From contig CP060755.1 in assembly GCA_023205875.1 (NCBI GenBank), positions 372,001-436,000 of the forward strand: a stretch of 64,000 bases of DNA, in the 5' to 3' direction. The position numbers were made by a program, and so were the translations under genes. How positions within the stretch are numbered: position 1 is the first letter of the stretch; each line of letters begins with the position of its first letter. This DNA is from Chloropicon primus (taxonomy: Eukaryota). Under the pieces are notes generated by a model that searched no databases, had not been told where the DNA came from, and saw only the letters and a list, made by a program, of their open reading frames with translations. This document shows, piece by piece, positions 43,182 to 55,420 of this stretch.

Positions 43182-44837
43182 ATGGTGACTGCTGGAGTGG
43201 CGAGGAGCGTGGCGGGCCAGGGGAGCGGCGTCGTTGCTGGCGGGTTCGGCTTCAGTGGGCCACAGGCCGCGGCGAGGAGGACACACGCTCAAGCGAGGAG
43301 GAGCGGGCCCAGGACCAGGACGACCTTGGGGCTGGCGCTCGGGGCTCCCAGGAGGAGCGCCGGGGGGATCGCGAGCAGGAGGCTGGGGAAGACGGATGCG
43401 TCGGCAGAGAGGGGGGAGGCGCAAAAGTGCCAAGCGATCTCGAAAGTCTTGATCGCGAACCGTGGAGAGATCGCGGTGAGAGTCATAAGGGCGTGCAAGG
43501 AGCTTGGCTTGAAGACCGTGGCGGTTTACTCCGTCGCGGACGAGACGTCGCTCCACGTCCAGCTGGCCGACGAGGCGGTGTGCATCGGACCTGCGCCCAG
43601 CCAGGAGTCGTACCTGAACGTGCCGAACATTCTCGCCGCGGCCATCAGCCACGGGGCTGACGCCATCCACCCAGGTTACGGCTTTCTCTCGGAGAACGCC
43701 TCCTTCGTGAGCATCTGCAGGGACCACGGCCTCAAGTTCATCGGCCCGGACCCGGAGTCCATCACGATGATGGGGGACAAATCCACCGCGAGGGACACGA
43801 TGAAGAGCGCCGGAGTGCCGACCGTGCCCGGCAGCGAAGGTCTCATCGAGTCGGACGAGGACGCGCTCAAGTGCGCCGAAGAGATTGGGTTCCCCCTGAT
43901 GATCAAGGCCACGGCCGGAGGCGGAGGAAGGGGAATGAGGCTCGCGAAGAACATGGAGGAGTTTCTGCCGCTGATGAAGCAGGCCCAGGGCGAGGCCAAG
44001 GCCGCTTTTGGCAACGGAGCCGTGTACATCGAGAGGTACGTGCAAAACCCCCGCCACATAGAGTTCCAGGTGCTGTGTGACGAGCACGGCAACTGCATTC
44101 ACCTCGGGGAGAGGGACTGCAGCATACAGAGAAGGAACCAGAAGCTGGTGGAGGAGGCCCCGAGCCCGGTCTTGACGCCAGAGGTGAGGCAGGCAATGGG
44201 AGACGCGGCGGTGAACGCGGCAAAGTCCATCGGGTACAAGGGGGTCGGGACCATCGAGTTCTTGTGGGAGGAAAAGGGTTTCTACTTCATGGAGATGAAC
44301 ACGAGGATCCAAGTCGAGCACCCCGTGACGGAGATGATCACCGGGTTTGATCTCATCCAGGAGCAGATCAAGGTCGCCATGGGAGAGAAGTTGAAGGTCA
44401 CCCAGGAGGAGGTGACTCTGAGCGGGCACGCGATAGAGTGCCGCATAAACGCGGAGGACGCCTTCCAGAACTTCAGGCCTGGGCCTGGAAGGATCAACGC
44501 TTACCTGGCACCCGGAGGTCCCAACACCAGGATGGACTCTCACATCTATCCGGGGTACCTTGTGCCTCCGAACTATGACTCGCTGCTGGGCAAGCTCATC
44601 GTGTGGGCGCCAGACAGGGAGCAGGCAATCGTGAGGATGGACAGGGCCTTGGGCGACATGGTGATCAGCGGCGTGCCTACCACCATCGACTACCACAAGC
44701 TGATCTTGGCCCACCGAGAGTTCAAGGCCGGCAACGTGGACACTGGATTCATCCCCAAATACCAGGACGAGCTCTCCATTCCCCCTGAGGCTGCCCAAAA
44801 GGCGGTGGTCGCGTACCCTGCAAAGTCCCAAAAATAA
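43182..44837 (+). CDS. accC: Biotin carboxylase subunit of the heteromeric plastid acetyl-CoA carboxylase
   Basis: [53 protein letters not shown]; transit peptide; stand-alone domain. Confidence 0.96.
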   Translation: MVTAGVARSVAGQGSGVVAGGFGFSGPQAAARRTHAQARRSGPRTRTTLGLALGAPRRSAGGIASRRLGKTDASAERGEAQKCQAISKVLIANRGEIAVRVIRACKELGLKTVAVYSVADETSLHVQLADEAVCIGPAPSQESYLNVPNILAAAISHGADAIHPGYGFLSENASFVSICRDHGLKFIGPDPESITMMGDKSTARDTMKSAGVPTVPGSEGLIESDEDALKCAEEIGFPLMIKATAGGGGRGMRLAKNMEEFLPLMKQAQGEAKAAFGNGAVYIERYVQNPRHIEFQVLCDEHGNCIHLGERDCSIQRRNQKLVEEAPSPVLTPEVRQAMGDAAVNAAKSIGYKGVGTIEFLWEEKGFYFMEMNTRIQVEHPVTEMITGFDLIQEQIKVAMGEKLKVTQEEVTLSGHAIECRINAEDAFQNFRPGPGRINAYLAPGGPNTRMDSHIYPGYLVPPNYDSLLGKLIVWAPDREQAIVRMDRALGDMVISGVPTTIDYHKLILAHREFKAGNVDTGFIPKYQDELSIPPEAAQKAVVAYPAKSQK

Positions 44838-45058
44838 AAACAAACTTTTGTCACACCACATGTAACACACAGACACACACACACAGACACACACACCTTT
44901 TTCTTTCTCCTTCATCCGAGTCATCGAGTCCTCCTCCTCCTCCCCTTCATCTTTCCTCCTGTCCAAAAGGAAGCCGAGGCCCTGACAGATGCTCCTCTGG
45001 AGGGGAGCAGCAGGAGCCCAGAGAGAGAGAGAGAGGCTCTTGGCAGTGTCACTGTGCC

Positions 45059-46787
45059 ATGGAGAGGGTGCGAGGGCGGTCGGGGCTTGCGGTGAGGGGG
45101 GACACGCTGGTGGTGCCTCCGTTTGAAGCAGGCTGGCTGAAGCTTGGGAGGCGGTCGTGCTGCCTGCACTTCGAGGCGAAAAGCACGAACGACATCACCT
45201 TGATACTTGACACGTCTTCGAGTCCTGGCGGGAAGCGCTTCGGAGTGCAGAGGCCGAACTCGAGCACCTACACGGTGATCATAGGAAGCCACGGTAACTC
45301 CAGGTTGATCATAGAACGTAATGCGAAGATTGTCGTGGCCACGAGCCACGTGCACAAGCAGGGGGAGGATTTCAGCCAGTACTGGGTCGATTACAACGCC
45401 GGGAAGATAACTGTGGGGAGCGGGAGGAGGGGGTCGGGGTGCCTCGTCTCGTGGCAGGACGAGACGCCGCACGACATCGAAAGCATCGGCCTCAGTTCGT
45501 GGGACAAGCACGTCTTGTACAGGAACGTGTCGCTCAGTAATCCAGTTGACGACGACTCGTTCAGTTCCAAGGCCAGAAGAAGAAGCTCGGCTTCGGGGGC
45601 GGAACTCATGCCTGGCGAGGTGGCGTCCTTGCAGGCGCTGAGCTGCGAGAAGCTTGCAGACTCGCTCAGGGTGAGCAACTGCCTCAGAACCCTGGCGGTC
45701 GCCGAAGACTTCAACAAGAAAGCTCTCGTGAACGTGGTCCTGGAGTTCGTGTCCATGAACTTTGTGGGTGTCGTCCAGCGGCACGAAGAGATATTCTCCC
45801 TCTCCGAGCGAGACCTGGCAGACATTCTGGATAGGGACGTCCTTAACAGCATTTCAGAGGTAAGTTTGACCTGCAAGACCCTCCTCGGGCTAGAAGCGGC
45901 GCGACTGACTGAACGGTGTTTTTGTCTTTGCATAGATATGGATTTTTGACGTCCTGATGCTTTGGTGGGGCAAGCAAGCTGCTTCGAGGGACCCCAAGAC
46001 TCTGCAGAACCTCTTCCAGTTCGTGCGGTTCCCTTTGATGGACGCGAAGGATCTTGGGCGAATCGTGGAGATGGACATCTTCAAACAGAGCGCGTGCTTG
46101 CGCTCGTTGATCGAGGAAGCCAGAGAGAGTCACAGCCATGGGGACTCGACGAGCAAAAAGGGAAGCTTTCGGATCATCTCGGGGAGGGACATTGAGATAG
46201 TAGACGACGGCCACATGGCGAGAAGGCGCCTGCAGCCTCGGAGGTCTCCCCACCTCAAAGAGCTCCTTTACACGCATGACGGGGACGAGGGAGGGGTCTG
46301 CTTCTTCCTTGGAACGCTCCAAGGAGTTCCAGTCGCCTTGACCAACTCGGTCTCGCTAAGCGCCTCTAGCCCCCACTCGAGGTTCTCGAACCCCAAAGCC
46401 GTGCTGTCGAGGGTCTCTCTCCCCACGTCCTATTTTGAGCCCCAGTACCACCCGGAGACTGGGCGCAAGGAGTCGTGGTGGGAAATCAACCTGCACAGGA
46501 ACTTGAGCTGCAACCACTACAGCCTGAGGCACGACGCCTCGCCCGATGGATTCCTGAGGACCTGGGAGCTCAGAGGCAGCGCGGATGGGAAGACTTGGAC
46601 GACTCTTAGGACACACACCAACGACACGACGATCCAGAAGGCGTATCAGTACGCCAGCTGGCCGATTTTTGCGGACGAAGACTTCAAGATCTTTAGAATC
46701 GTCCTCACCGGTCCAAACGCATCGAAGATGAATCCTTACAGGCTCTACATCAGCTGGTTCGAGCTGTACGGCTACCTCGAAGTGTAG
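45059..46787 (+). CDS. Farnesoic-acid-OMT-like + BACK + F5/8-type-C domain protein; exons 45059-45859 and 45936-46787
   Basis: YTVIIGSHGNSRLIIE, IGLSSWDKHVLYRN, VRFPLM, CNHYSLRHD...WELRGSADGKTW; phase-0 intron. Confidence 0.8.
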
Positions 46788-46885
46788 CGTGCCACTTGGG
46801 CTTTCGTAATATATATTTTGTGTATGTGTATATATCGTTATTATCTCAACTGCGTTGTCATGGTAGACGTGTATCAGCGGCGCGG

Positions 46886-47617
46886 TTACGACTGTATCGT
46901 CGCGTGCGAGTCCCAGTACTTGACGGATGCCTCGTACTTGTCCCTGTCCATGGGAACTCCGCTCCCCCCTTCCTCCTTGCCCAGCGCGTTTCTCATCATC
47001 GTAATGGGCTGCATAGGGATCTCGTGGTCCTCGTCCTGAGCCTTGATGGAGATGATGCCCCAATCCACCTGAGGGAGCTCTGCGTCCACGTCCTCCTCCT
47101 TGTCGCCTTGCGCGACCCTCTCCGCGATGATTTGCTTCCTCGAGTACAAGATCACGTCAAGCATCTTCGCCACGGGCACGGTCTCCAAACTGCTTTCGCT
47201 TATCCACCGGGAGAGGACCGGGAGCTCCTTCGGCGTGCGACGGACGTAGCCGCTCTGCACCAGCTTCTCGTTCGAGTCCGTGATTGGCACGGCCTGCACC
47301 GGCAACTCGAGGAAGTTCGGGACGAACACGTGCTTGCAAAATGGCGCGTACCCATCGACAAGGTCTCCCCCGACCTTCTCGTGGTGGTCGTTCACCCTTT
47401 GCGTGAACTCCTCCTTGCTCTTGGTGATCCTCCCCCCCTTGTAGGAAGGGTCATCCCACTGCCTCTCCGCGAACGGGTCCAGGAAAAAGTGCTTCCCTGT
47501 CAAGTACTTGGATGCTGCCGTGCTCATCGCCCTCACCGTCCCTCGAGCCCCGCAACTCCCCTTCAAGCTCCCTCCTCCCCTCAAACTGCGGAACGCTTGC
47601 CTGATCGCCCCTGGCAT
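46886..47617 (-). CDS. DUF3228-family protein
   Basis: LVDGYAPFCKHVFVPNF, ELPVLSRW, LDVILYSR, PMQPITMMRNALGKEEGGSGVP. Confidence 0.82.
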   Translation of the reverse strand: MPGAIRQAFRSLRGGGSLKGSCGARGTVRAMSTAASKYLTGKHFFLDPFAERQWDDPSYKGGRITKSKEEFTQRVNDHHEKVGGDLVDGYAPFCKHVFVPNFLELPVQAVPITDSNEKLVQSGYVRRTPKELPVLSRWISESSLETVPVAKMLDVILYSRKQIIAERVAQGDKEEDVDAELPQVDWGIISIKAQDEDHEIPMQPITMMRNALGKEEGGSGVPMDRDKYEASVKYWDSHATIQS

Positions 47618-47910
47618 CCCCCCTCTCTCGGCTTCTCCACCGAGGGGAGGGAGCTCTCCTCTTCAGACCTTCATGAAGGGGAAGGCATGATGGACGGGGA
47701 AGACTGAGACTGAGAGAGAGACTGAGAGAGAGAGAGAGAGAGAGGTTGAAGCGGAACCGTCTTCTCTTCGATTCCACACCCACACACACGAGAAACAAAC
47801 AAAAGACGAATGGCGCTTTCAGTTTTAAATGCTTTTTAGTCTTTCGCGTTCGCTTGGCCCCACATCACCTGCCTGGGAGGAAAGATAAAGTTTGCTTGCA
47901 ACTGGGGCGG

Positions 47911-48987
47911 CTACTGGTTTTCCCACGTGACTTGTCCCAACATGGTGAGCGCGCTGACGAGGGCCTTCTCGTCGTTCACTTTCTGAGGGAATCCCATCCT
48001 AATATCTTTGGGGAACTCGCCAAACTTCTGGAACCTGATGTACAACCCCAAAGAATCGATCCAGAGGAGCTTGCACATCTCAAGCTCCTCGATCATGGCC
48101 CCCGTGAGAAACGTGCAGAACCTGACGATGTCGTCCAGGTGCTCCTCGTTCCACTTCTCCACCATGTAGGGAGCGACGAAAGCCAAAGGATCGGTGGCTG
48201 CCTTCTGGTACTCCTCCCCCTCGACGACCTCGACCTCCTTCTGCTGCGTGATCACGCAAGCGAGCCTGCGGACGTAGACCTTCTCCACGTCGACCCTGAA
48301 GACCTCGTCGTTGTCGTGCACGAGGTCCTCGAAGCTCCTCTCGCTCGGGGGAAGCCTGGCGGCGACCTCGCCAAACTTCTGGCGGACGTCCTCGAACGAG
48401 TCGTCCCCCTCCCTCCCCAGGTGCACCGCGTTGCCCATCAGGGTCACCCTCGCGATGCAGTCCGACGCGTCGCCACTCGGGTGGATGTAAAGGCTGCACT
48501 TCCCGTCCTTGAGCAGGTTGAGGTCCTCCACGGAGTCCGAGGGCACGCGAATTATCGGCGAGCCCGTCGCCTCATCCACGAGGTAGTACACATGGGTGCC
48601 GAACGGGGTCCCCGTGTCGGAGGCCAGCGTGCAGAAGGTCCCGTGGCGGACCAGGGAAACGGCCGTCCTGGCGTCCTCCGCTGCGGTCGGAGTGTAGCCC
48701 TTGATGGCCTCGTTCGAGCCAATCGGGCCCCACGCGTGGACGCCCTCGTTCCCAGAGCTGGAGGTCTCCGCGTTCACCGCAGCCGAAGCCTTCGAGGACG
48801 AGGACAAAGGAGGCGGTGTCCTCCTCCCCCTCTCCCTCCTCGTCGTCGTCGTCGTCGCTCTCCTCCTGGCGTCTTCTGCCACCACCACCGCGTGAAGTTT
48901 CAGGCTCCCTCTCCCTCTCCCACGCCTCACCCTCACCCCTCCCAAGCCGCCACCCTCCTGCCCCCTCACCCTCACCCTCGCTTCCAT
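47911..48987 (-). CDS. Glutamyl-tRNA-reductase-binding protein (GluTRBP/PGR7-like; split barrel + DUF2470)
   Basis: AEDART, GTFCTL, DPL...N...DDIVRFC, WIDSLG, DIRMGFPQKVNDEK...QVTWE; transit peptide. Confidence 0.8.
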   Translation of the reverse strand: MEARVRVRGQEGGGLGGVRVRRGRGRGSLKLHAVVVAEDARRRATTTTTRRERGRRTPPPLSSSSKASAAVNAETSSSGNEGVHAWGPIGSNEAIKGYTPTAAEDARTAVSLVRHGTFCTLASDTGTPFGTHVYYLVDEATGSPIIRVPSDSVEDLNLLKDGKCSLYIHPSGDASDCIARVTLMGNAVHLGREGDDSFEDVRQKFGEVAARLPPSERSFEDLVHDNDEVFRVDVEKVYVRRLACVITQQKEVEVVEGEEYQKAATDPLAFVAPYMVEKWNEEHLDDIVRFCTFLTGAMIEELEMCKLLWIDSLGLYIRFQKFGEFPKDIRMGFPQKVNDEKALVSALTMLGQVTWENQ

Positions 48988-49818
48988 CGTCTCCACGCCT
49001 CTCGTCTCTCGTTCTCTCCCACCAAGGGCGTGCTTTCTCGCTCCTGCGCTTTCTCACTCCTCACCACCCAATCAGGCGAGGAGATCCCAATCGGATAAAA
49101 TCCTTCCTTCCCCCATCATTAACGGGCGAGTTTAAGAAGACGAAGAAGGGGAACCAGCCAGCAACGCAACGCAAAGCAAGGTCCTTGGCGAGGAAGACGA
49201 CTACCAGGCAGAGGAAGGACAAAGTAAGTGACGGGAACTTTTTCCTTGGCGGTACCCACAGCAAGATGGTGTCACGCAAGTTGGGGGAGGAAGAGGTCAA
49301 GATTCTCTCCTCAAGATTCCTACGGAAAAAAGAAGACTCAGAAGACTCACTTGGGGAGGGACACAAGACTCCTGGAGAGGATCAACCAGGCGCATCGCCC
49401 ATCACCACTGCACGACCTCAAGGGACCCGCCAAGGCAAGACCTTGCTTTGGTTATCCCCCCTCCTCATGTTTCCTTTCCGTTAGGAACAGGGGGACGAGA
49501 AAACTTTTTCCATTTTCGTAAAGTGAACGACGACGACTTTTGAATACCGAGGAGGACAGGTGAGGGCAGACCATTCGGTTGCACCGGTGGAGAGACGGGC
49601 GAACGGACGGACGAACGTAACGAAGGAGGACACCGAGTTCCTTCCTTCTCCTTTTCCTTCCTTCCTCCCTTACTGCGCTTTACACCTTTGCCTTAGGCGC
49701 GCATTGCGTTTTACCTCTCATCCAGTGGAGGGAGGGAGAACAACAAACGGGAGGTGTTGGACAGGAGCGTCTCTGTCTCTCGCTCCCAGCGACGGGGAGG
49801 TCGGCAGCAATCGTCACC

Positions 49819-51234
49819 ATGTGCGAAAGAGGACACAGAGGAGGAGGGGACGAGGGTTCAGAGGAGGAGAACAGGAGGTGCAGCGGCGTCCTGGAAGGGC
49901 GTGAGGCTTCGACGACAACGACGACGACATCCTCGAGCGGGAAGAAGAGGTTGTACTACAAGTTTGGGGACATCAAGGACGGTCAGGTCTGCGCGCCGGT
50001 GATCGTGCGTCGAGTGCTCGAGGAGGAGGGGTGGAGGGAAGCGGGGGAGGACGTGGCGTGGAACCTTTTCTGGAAGTCCGGGCGCTTCACCGTTGGGGAG
50101 TACGACAGGGCCCGGTCCTTCGACCAGCGTCTGAACCACTTTGCCAAGAGCGGCCAGATATGCACCAAGGATTCCCTGGTGAGGATCATGAGGAGGAACA
50201 AGGCGACTCACGGGCGGGTGTACGACTTCGTTCCGGAGACTTACCTCCTGCCGAACGAGTACAACAAGTTCATCAAGTCTTACGGCGAGCAGAGGGACCA
50301 GGACACGCTTTGGATTTGTAAGCCGACGGACCTGAGCAGGGGTCAGAAAATATTCGTGATGAAGGACATCAGGGAGCTCGTGTACGACTGCTCCAGCGTG
50401 ATACAGAGGTACATCCACAACCCCCTGCTCGTGGGCGGCTACAAGTTCGACCTCAGGATCTACGTTCTGGTGAGCTCCATGCACCCCCTCAAGATTCACC
50501 TGTTCCAGGACGGCCTGTGCAGGTTCGGCACGGTGCCTTACTCCAAGGGCAACTACTCCGATATTTGGGCCCACCTCACCAACTTCTCCATCAACAAGAA
50601 TAGTCCGACGTACGATTGGGACAAGGATACGATCGGCGTCGCCAACAAGTGGACCCTGAGGCGGCTGACCGAGTACCTCAGGTCGAGGGGCGTGCCGATG
50701 GAGGCAGTCATGCTCAAGATCAAAGCCCTCGTGATCCTATCCCTCGTTTCCCTTCCGGGAATCGTGCCAAAAACGAGCAGCGGCACCTGCTTCGAGCTCT
50801 TTGGTTTTGACGTCATCCTCAGCTCCGACTTCAAGCCCTGGCTTTTGGAGGTGAACACGAGCCCGGCCCTCGGGATCGATTGCTTTGAGGACGAAGACGT
50901 GAAGGAGCCACTGATCAGGGATCTTCTGTCCGCGGTTCAATTCGGCAAGCTGAGCGACAGGAAGAGGGAGAGGAAGCGCCCTTGGTCGAGGAGGTCGGGC
51001 ACCAGGGTGCTAACGGGCAAGACCAGCGATCAGAACGAGAACGGGGAGGGAACCTTCCAGATGAATCACGCGGGCCAATACGAGCAGATCTTCCCCTTCA
51101 ACCAGAAGACCTTCCTCCTGTCCAACCAGCTCGACTGCGCCAAGGATCCGGTCCCCATTGTCAAGCAGGTCATCGCCGAGATCAAAACCTGGAAGCGAGA
51201 AACCATGAAAGAAATCCGTAACCAGAAAGTGTAA
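49819..51234 (+). CDS. Tubulin polyglutamylase, TTLL2-like
   Basis: LNHF, WICKPTDLSRG, QRYIHNPLL, KFDLRIYVLV, HLTNFSINK, FELFGFD, LLEVNTSP. Confidence 0.9.
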   Translation: MCERGHRGGGDEGSEEENRRCSGVLEGREASTTTTTTSSSGKKRLYYKFGDIKDGQVCAPVIVRRVLEEEGWREAGEDVAWNLFWKSGRFTVGEYDRARSFDQRLNHFAKSGQICTKDSLVRIMRRNKATHGRVYDFVPETYLLPNEYNKFIKSYGEQRDQDTLWICKPTDLSRGQKIFVMKDIRELVYDCSSVIQRYIHNPLLVGGYKFDLRIYVLVSSMHPLKIHLFQDGLCRFGTVPYSKGNYSDIWAHLTNFSINKNSPTYDWDKDTIGVANKWTLRRLTEYLRSRGVPMEAVMLKIKALVILSLVSLPGIVPKTSSGTCFELFGFDVILSSDFKPWLLEVNTSPALGIDCFEDEDVKEPLIRDLLSAVQFGKLSDRKRERKRPWSRRSGTRVLTGKTSDQNENGEGTFQMNHAGQYEQIFPFNQKTFLLSNQLDCAKDPVPIVKQVIAEIKTWKRETMKEIRNQKV

Positions 51235-51631
51235 TCCATTTTTTTTTCCTGGCCAAAGGTGGCCTGGTCACAAGCCCACGCACACAACCCTTTCCTGGTG
51301 GCACCACCATTCAACATTGCGTTGTGGTGATGACGATGGCCCCCTCCCCCTCCCTCTCCCATCACGAGGGAGGTCGAGGAGTTCGTCCTCCGCGGCGGCC
51401 GGGTAACTGTAACTCTTCTCCGTCGCAGACACAAGTCTGTGGTGTGATTGCGCTAACGAGGAGAACGTGTTCTCCTTGGCCTCCTCGGTCTGCCCCCCCA
51501 CCCCCCTCTTTAATTTTCAATTAGCACCCCCCGATGTCATTGTATTGTCGAGGGGGATGGAGGCCAACGAGCGAGCTGAGCCGAGCCAAGTTGCGAGCAG
51601 TGAGGGGTGAGGAAGGAGTGTGGAGGGTGTC

Positions 51632-52427
51632 ATGGCGCCGGAACGGGTGTCGAAGAAGTTCAGGAAGCTCTATGGGCGGTGCAGTCGGGAGATTGCGCGT
51701 TACGCGGAAGAAGATGCCCTCGCATCCGCCAGACTGAGAAAGGTGGTCACCATCTGGGAGAGGTGGTCGCTGCTGGAGCAGGAAGACTTGTACTGCGCGG
51801 CGCTCGCGAAGGCTGGGGTGAAGGACAAGGTCGTGGGAAAGCAGGCCCTCGTGCTGCAAACGAGCGTCGACGAGCTCGAAGGCGCAATGTAAGTTGCAAT
51901 CTGCTGTGTTTGCCGGACTGGTTTTGGCATCCTCTCACCCAGGAATTGACAACGAGCTTTCCCTTGGCGAACCTCTTCGCCTTCTCTGTTGCTGCATGAG
52001 ACAGGTCTGAGCTCGAGGATGCTGTGGAAGCCCTGAGGCAGATGGCCAAGGAGGGGCGAAATTTTGTGGCGAGCGAGTACAGGCAGGCGGGAGGGGCGGG
52101 TGCTCCGGAAGGCGGAAGGGGGGAGGACAGGACACTCACGATAGCAGCGACGGACTATGTGGATGGCCTCGACGCAATATTGTAAGCCCTTCGGTCTCGC
52201 ACCATTTCATTTTGTTTCGTGTGTTTCCACTTGCTGACTGCCCTCCGTTGTTGCCTTCGTGAAGCAAAATGCATGAGAAAAGCTTCAAGCTCAAGCAGGC
52301 GGTGTACGGGGAGATCAAGGCAAGCAAGGACGTTGCTGAGAGGGAGGATCTTCTGTCGTATTTCGTCTCGCCGCCTTGTTTCGACCACAAAATGGTCGAA
52401 AGCGCTTTGGCCCGAGCCAAGACTTGA
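51632..52427 (+). CDS. C1orf109/AIRIM-like helical protein; exons 51632-51888, 52005-52181, 52265-52427, 198 aa
   Basis: Two GTAAG introns keep the frame; DYVDGLDAIFKMHEKSFKLK block resembles the plant family (from memory). Confidence 0.65.
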
Positions 52428-52465
52428 GGGGTGTTACGTGTGAGCAACATCATAAACACGTGTTT

Positions 52466-55209
52466 CTAATTTACTTCTATACTGTTCTTCAGCTCCTGAG
52501 CCACTTCGATCTCGTTCTGCAGCGCCGCAGCCTCATCATAGTTTTCCTCGCTGGACGCGGCTTCCATTGCTTGGTTGAGCATGTCTATCGTGATCGAGAT
52601 GTGCTTATTTTGCAGGACTCTTCCCTCCTGCTCCGCAGCAGAGAGTTCCCCTTCAAGCTTCTCCACAACCTCCTCCATCTCCTCGGCCTTCTTCCTTGCG
52701 TCCTCCACGCTGCCCTGCAGGTCCGAGAGAGAAGACTCCGCCTGGATCTTCTCGTCGGTCAGGGCCTTCGCCTCGGACGAGAACTTTGCTGCGTCCTTGA
52801 AGTTCTTCTTGGCCACCGCATTCTTTTTCTCCTCTTCGAGCTTTGGTAGCATCTCCTCCGCGTTTTTGATCACAGATTCGGCCTCTCCGATCGCCAAGAC
52901 CATTTGTTCAAGCTCAGCCTTGGAGCGCGACAGCCCCTCCTTCTTCTGATCCACCTCGGACTTCAAGGCATCAATCTTCTCATTCGCAGCCTTTTCCTCC
53001 AGCCGGAGCTCTGCGAGCGTCTGCCGAAGGGCATCAGTCTTCTTCGCGTTCTCAATGTCATCCTTCATCTGGGATTCAGTTGCCTTCGAGGACTCACAGG
53101 CCGCCTGAGAGTCTTCAATCAGCTGCTGTTTCCGTGAGGATTCCTTGGTAATCTTCTCCTTGATCACGTCTTGCCCCGCCTTGAGCTGGTCTTGGAGGGC
53201 CTGGAACTTCTCTCCCTCCTCTTCGATGTCCTTTCTCTCCGAGTTGAGCTTATCTTGCTGCTTTGCGAACTTTGCTTCCACTTTTTGGATCTTCCCATCA
53301 ATCTCGTCAATCTCCCCTTGAACCTCGGCCATTTCCTCCTCCTTCTTCCTCAGCGTTTCCCTTATTGCCTCCAATTCCTCCTCGAGCTTGGATTTCTCCT
53401 CCAGGTGCTTCTCCTTCTGCTCCACGAATTCGGTCGTCTTTTCCTTGATCTTGTGCTGGACTTCGCCTTCTCTTTCTTCGAGGACGCGTCTAAGGGCGTT
53501 CAGCCTGGACATGTCATCCTCGAGGATCTCAGCCATGTTTGCCTCGTGCTCCGCGTTCTCCTTTTCCAGCTCAGCGATGCTCTCGTCGATGCTCCCGGCT
53601 CTTGACTCCAAAGCCTCCCCCAATTTCTTCAAGGCACCCGCGTACTTCAACTTCACCTCACTCTTTGATTCCAGGATAGAAGCAAGCGTTGCCGAAATGT
53701 CTTCGCACTCCTCCTGAGCCTTGTACCACTCGTTGATCGCCTTGGTGTAACTTTCCTTTGCTTCATCGATGGACGAATTCAGCTCGTCTGCTTTTTCGAA
53801 CTCCTCGAGCTCCACGGCTTTCATTTGCTCCTCTTCGAGAACCTCGCTCTTCTTCTTGGCTTGCGCAATATCGTTCGCAGCACCAATTCTCTTGTCTCTC
53901 GCTGACTTCTCCTGCTGCAGTATTTGACTATTTTGCAGCTCCAGCTTTATGAAGTTCGCGCTGAGGACTTTCTCCAACTTGGCCGCTGACTCCGCATACG
54001 TCTCATCGTCCCCAAAAGCAATGTCCCCAAAATCAAGAGAGAAAGCTGCTGCACCATCCTGCTCCCCAATTCTCTCAGCAGCGTCAGGAACTGAGGCAAT
54101 TGGCTCGGCGGGGGCCTCGTCTTCCGCAGCCAGGTCATCAAGAGACAGCAAGGGTGCGCCGCCCTTGCTCCCTTCCTCCTCCACCGATTCCTCCTCGTCC
54201 TGAGGTGAATCGGCGTCGCCGTCCTGCTCTTCGCCGCCTTCTTCCTCGTCGCCACTGGGCCCCGCACCAAGGGTGGGCGAGACGCTCTCTGCAGGCTGAG
54301 TCGCTCCAGCGTCTTCGGTCATCAAGACGGGTTCCCCTAAAATTTCGTCCGCGCCGTCCTCTTCCGCGGCGGCGACAACGTCCACGGGGTCAGCCTGGAC
54401 TGCAGGACTCTCCATGACGAATTCGTCCGACAAAGGAAGCCTCTGGGAGGATTCAGTGGAGTTGTCTGAGACTGCTGGAGCTGGGGAGGCCACCAGATTG
54501 GTTTGGCTCTTTTCCTTCCTGGCATACCCAACTCTCAAGTTTTTCTTCCTTCTCCTTCCTCCGCCCCCAGGCTGCTCATTGGACTCGGAGGCCCCGGGTG
54601 CGGGAGACAGCTGTGCCAGACTCTCCATAGGGGAAGGGACAGGGGCAGGGACAGGAACAGGGGCGCCGGCAGGGGAGGGAGCCAGAACTGAATCTGCTGG
54701 TGGCTCGGCAGACATGGTCAGACCTGCAAAGAGTCCGCCTCCACCTGCGTCGCTCCCGACCTGCATGCCATCGAAGAGGCCTCCCTCTCCGCCCCCTCCC
54801 AGGTCCAGCGCAGGGGATGAGGCTTCTCCTGCGCCCTTGTTGCCCGCCTCCCCGCCTCCCCCCATGAGGGAGTTCATGACGGTCTCAATTTCCTCATTCA
54901 CGACGGCTTCGAACACAGAAAGCAAAGGAAGCAAACGAAGGTCAGACGCAGGGTGGCGAAAGTTTCGCGCCGAATTCACTTACCGAGCTGCGAACTCCAC
55001 AAGCTCTGCTCGTCCTTCCCCTTGAGCCTGTTCACGAGGGTTTCCAGCTCCTTGGCCAACCTGCGGGCCTCGTTCACTTGTGGAAAGCTCGACTCCGTCC
55101 TCGCTGCCTGAAGGCTCTCTTCAATCTTACGAAGGATGTCATGGGCATCCTTCGACGGAGTGCTGGCACTCTCCTTGGACTGAGACTTGCGACTGAGGCG
55201 GCCAAACAT
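52466..55209 (-). CDS. Long acidic coiled-coil protein with UVR (UvrB/C)-like motifs; exons 55209-54984 and 54906-52466
   Basis: AVELEEFEKADEL, AVAKKNFKDAA, ASSEENYDEAAALQNEI; GTAAGT...CTGAC...AAG intron. Confidence 0.8.
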
Positions 55210-55420
55210 CACTGCTCTATGCTCTCGCTCTCGGTCTCCTCCCTCGAGTCAAAAAACAAAAACTCCCTCGTTTTCTTCGACCCAACCTGTCATGCATGCT
55301 GCACTTTTTTCGGTGGGTCTGTGGGTCAGGCTCTGAGGATGAGGAGAGGATGGGATGGATGCGATGGTACAACGAATACAATACAAGCAAGTGGGAACAA
55401 AAATAAGAAAAACAAGGCCG

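Noticed and set aside
42882..44966. 694-aa minus-strand ORF
   Set aside because: Antisense shadow of biotin carboxylase caused by GC3 bias; no motifs.
49081..49818. Short ORFs upstream of the TTLL gene
   Set aside because: No family resemblance; better read as promoter and 5' UTR with a probable intron starting at 49560.
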